64,000 nt of DNA from Podarcis vaucheri (taxonomy: Eukaryota), in NCBI GenBank assembly GCA_965113315.1, contig OZ220363.1; one strand, given 5' to 3'. Positions within the stretch are counted from its first letter, which is position 1, and every line of letters starts with the position of its first letter. The position numbers were made by a program, and so were the translations under genes. Below are positions 62,544-64,000 of the stretch, in pieces. The notes beneath the pieces were generated by a model that saw nothing but the letters and a program-made list of their open reading frames with translations, was not told the origin of the DNA and ran no database searches.

Positions 62544-62778
62544 CAGTCATACCTCGGAAGTCGAATGGAATCCATTCTGGAAGTCCATTTGACTTCCGAA
62601 AACATTCGAAAACCAAGGCACAGCTTCTGATTGGCTGCAGGAGCTTCCTGCACTCACGTGGAAGCTGCGTCAGAAGTTCAGCTTCCGAAAAACATTCGCA
62701 AACTGGAACCCTTACTTCCAGGTTTGCAGTGTTCGGGAGCCAAAATTTTGAGTCACAAGGCATTCGAGAACCAAGGTA
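62544..62778. mobile_element. Tc1/mariner MITE, family D (right TIR eroded)
   Basis: TA-CAGTCATACCTCGGAAGTCG ... CGAGAACCAAGGTA. Confidence 0.8.
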
Positions 62779-62798
62779 TATGTAAATAAAACCCTACA

Positions 62799-62998
62799 CA
62801 GTGGTACCTCCAGTTACGGATGGGATCCATTCCGGAGGCCCGACCATATCCCAAAATGTCTGCGCACACACACGGCAAGATTGAGCACTTCCGCACATGC
62901 GTGCACGGTGAAACCTAGAAGTATACACTTCTGAGTTTGCCGCGTTCACAACCTGAAGTTTACACATCCAGAGGGATACGTAAGCAGAGGTATGACTG
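62799..62998. mobile_element. Tc1/mariner MITE, family E
   Basis: CAGTGGTACCTCCAGTTACG ... CGTAAGCAGAGGTATGACTG-TA. Confidence 0.8.
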
Positions 62999-64000
62999 TA
63001 TCATAAAGACACAACAGTCTCTGCTGTACCTCAACCCCTGGAATCTCTCTGCTGTACCTCAACCCCTGGAATCTTACACCACTTATGGAGATTGGAGTGT
63101 TGTGTAACAATACACTAATTCCAAAAAGCACTGCACTGGGTTCTTTGCTGCATTGAGATAACTAGAGATACCACCCCCATCACACATACACATATCACAT
63201 ATGATATGCCAGTGCTGTCACTCTCTCACACACAGACAATCCTACACAGGCAGACAGAAAGACAATCACACACACATATACAAGAAAATCAGTCCCCGCC
63301 TCCCTTCTTACGCTTCATTTCATCTACCCCACTTTGCCTTTGTGCCACAGCACTCCAGCCAGGAGGGGATGATGTGAACTGGATTCCCAGCATTGTGCTC
63401 GGATGGGCAGAAAGGTTCTTCCAGCCTCACAATGGGGATGATCATTGCTCCCCCTACCTGCTCATCAGATGACCCATTTAATGAGCAGAGAGTGAGGGTT
63501 ATTTGTACTTCCATGTGGAACTGGTCTGGGTAGGAATGTATCAATCGCTCCACCCAGCTCAATGCCCTGGAGAGGATGACAAATCCAGTTCCCTTGAGAA
63601 ATCCAATTTTCACTTAAAGAAAAACCTACTAGTTCTTGTGCTTTTAGGATTTAATAATTTTGAGTATGTAGTGGAAAATGTTTCTAGTAGAATCTTGTGC
63701 TGCTGAGCAAACTTCATCAACTCCCATCTGCCTTCAAGCTTCAATGTAATTAGAACCAAAATGTTTGCAGAACCAAAGTTTGCATTCAAATTTATGTATG
63801 CCAATGGCTTGAGCCAACCTCTAAATCAGAATCAGAAGTTCAGACCCAGGATTTCTTTGACAACTGGGAAGAGTGGGTGGGGGAGCAAAGCGAGCTCTGG
63901 GTTTACATTTACTGTAACAGGGAAAAAGAGAGCCAGATGTGACTGTCATCAAAGCCCTGAAAGATTATTATTAGTTCTATTTTATGGAGCATCCTTCCTC

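Larger units (their letters stand above)
62480..63109 (+). mobile_element. LTR-like repeat interrupted by two MITEs
   Basis: CTCTCCATCTAGG..CAGGTTG|TGTAAATAAA|TATCATAAAGACAC..CAGTCTC..CCCTGGAATCTT..ATGGAGATTGG..GTGTAACA matches 17768-17932; probably extends further left. Confidence 0.6.

Overview
Vertebrate (squamate, most likely lacertid lizard) genomic DNA, inferred from Sauria/Squam-type SINEs, a Bov-B tail and squamate-type L1/L2/CR1 pieces. No host protein-coding exon can be identified with confidence. A CpG island at ~11.7-13.4 kb looks like the promoter and non-coding first exon (donor at 12837/12836, 8-codon uORF) of an unidentified minus-strand gene. On that reading 1-12.8 kb is intron and 13.4-64 kb is upstream intergenic DNA. 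The rest is dense in transposable elements. These include a near full-length single-ORF L2-clade LINE with a tandem-monomer 5' end (39.7-43.4 kb), a complete 2.1-kb non-autonomous L1 derivative with a 17-bp TSD and an open 225-aa ORF (28.6-30.8 kb), a solo LTR with a 5-bp TSD, many Tc1/mariner-, hAT- and PIF/Harbinger-type MITEs (several nested), SINEs, and a Penelope-type terminal repeat with a minimal hammerhead-ribozyme core. There is also a perfect 46-bp-arm palindrome at 3995-4091 and two N gaps at ~55 kb. Most ORFs in the supplied track are spurious. Family names come from recognition of motifs, not from database searches.
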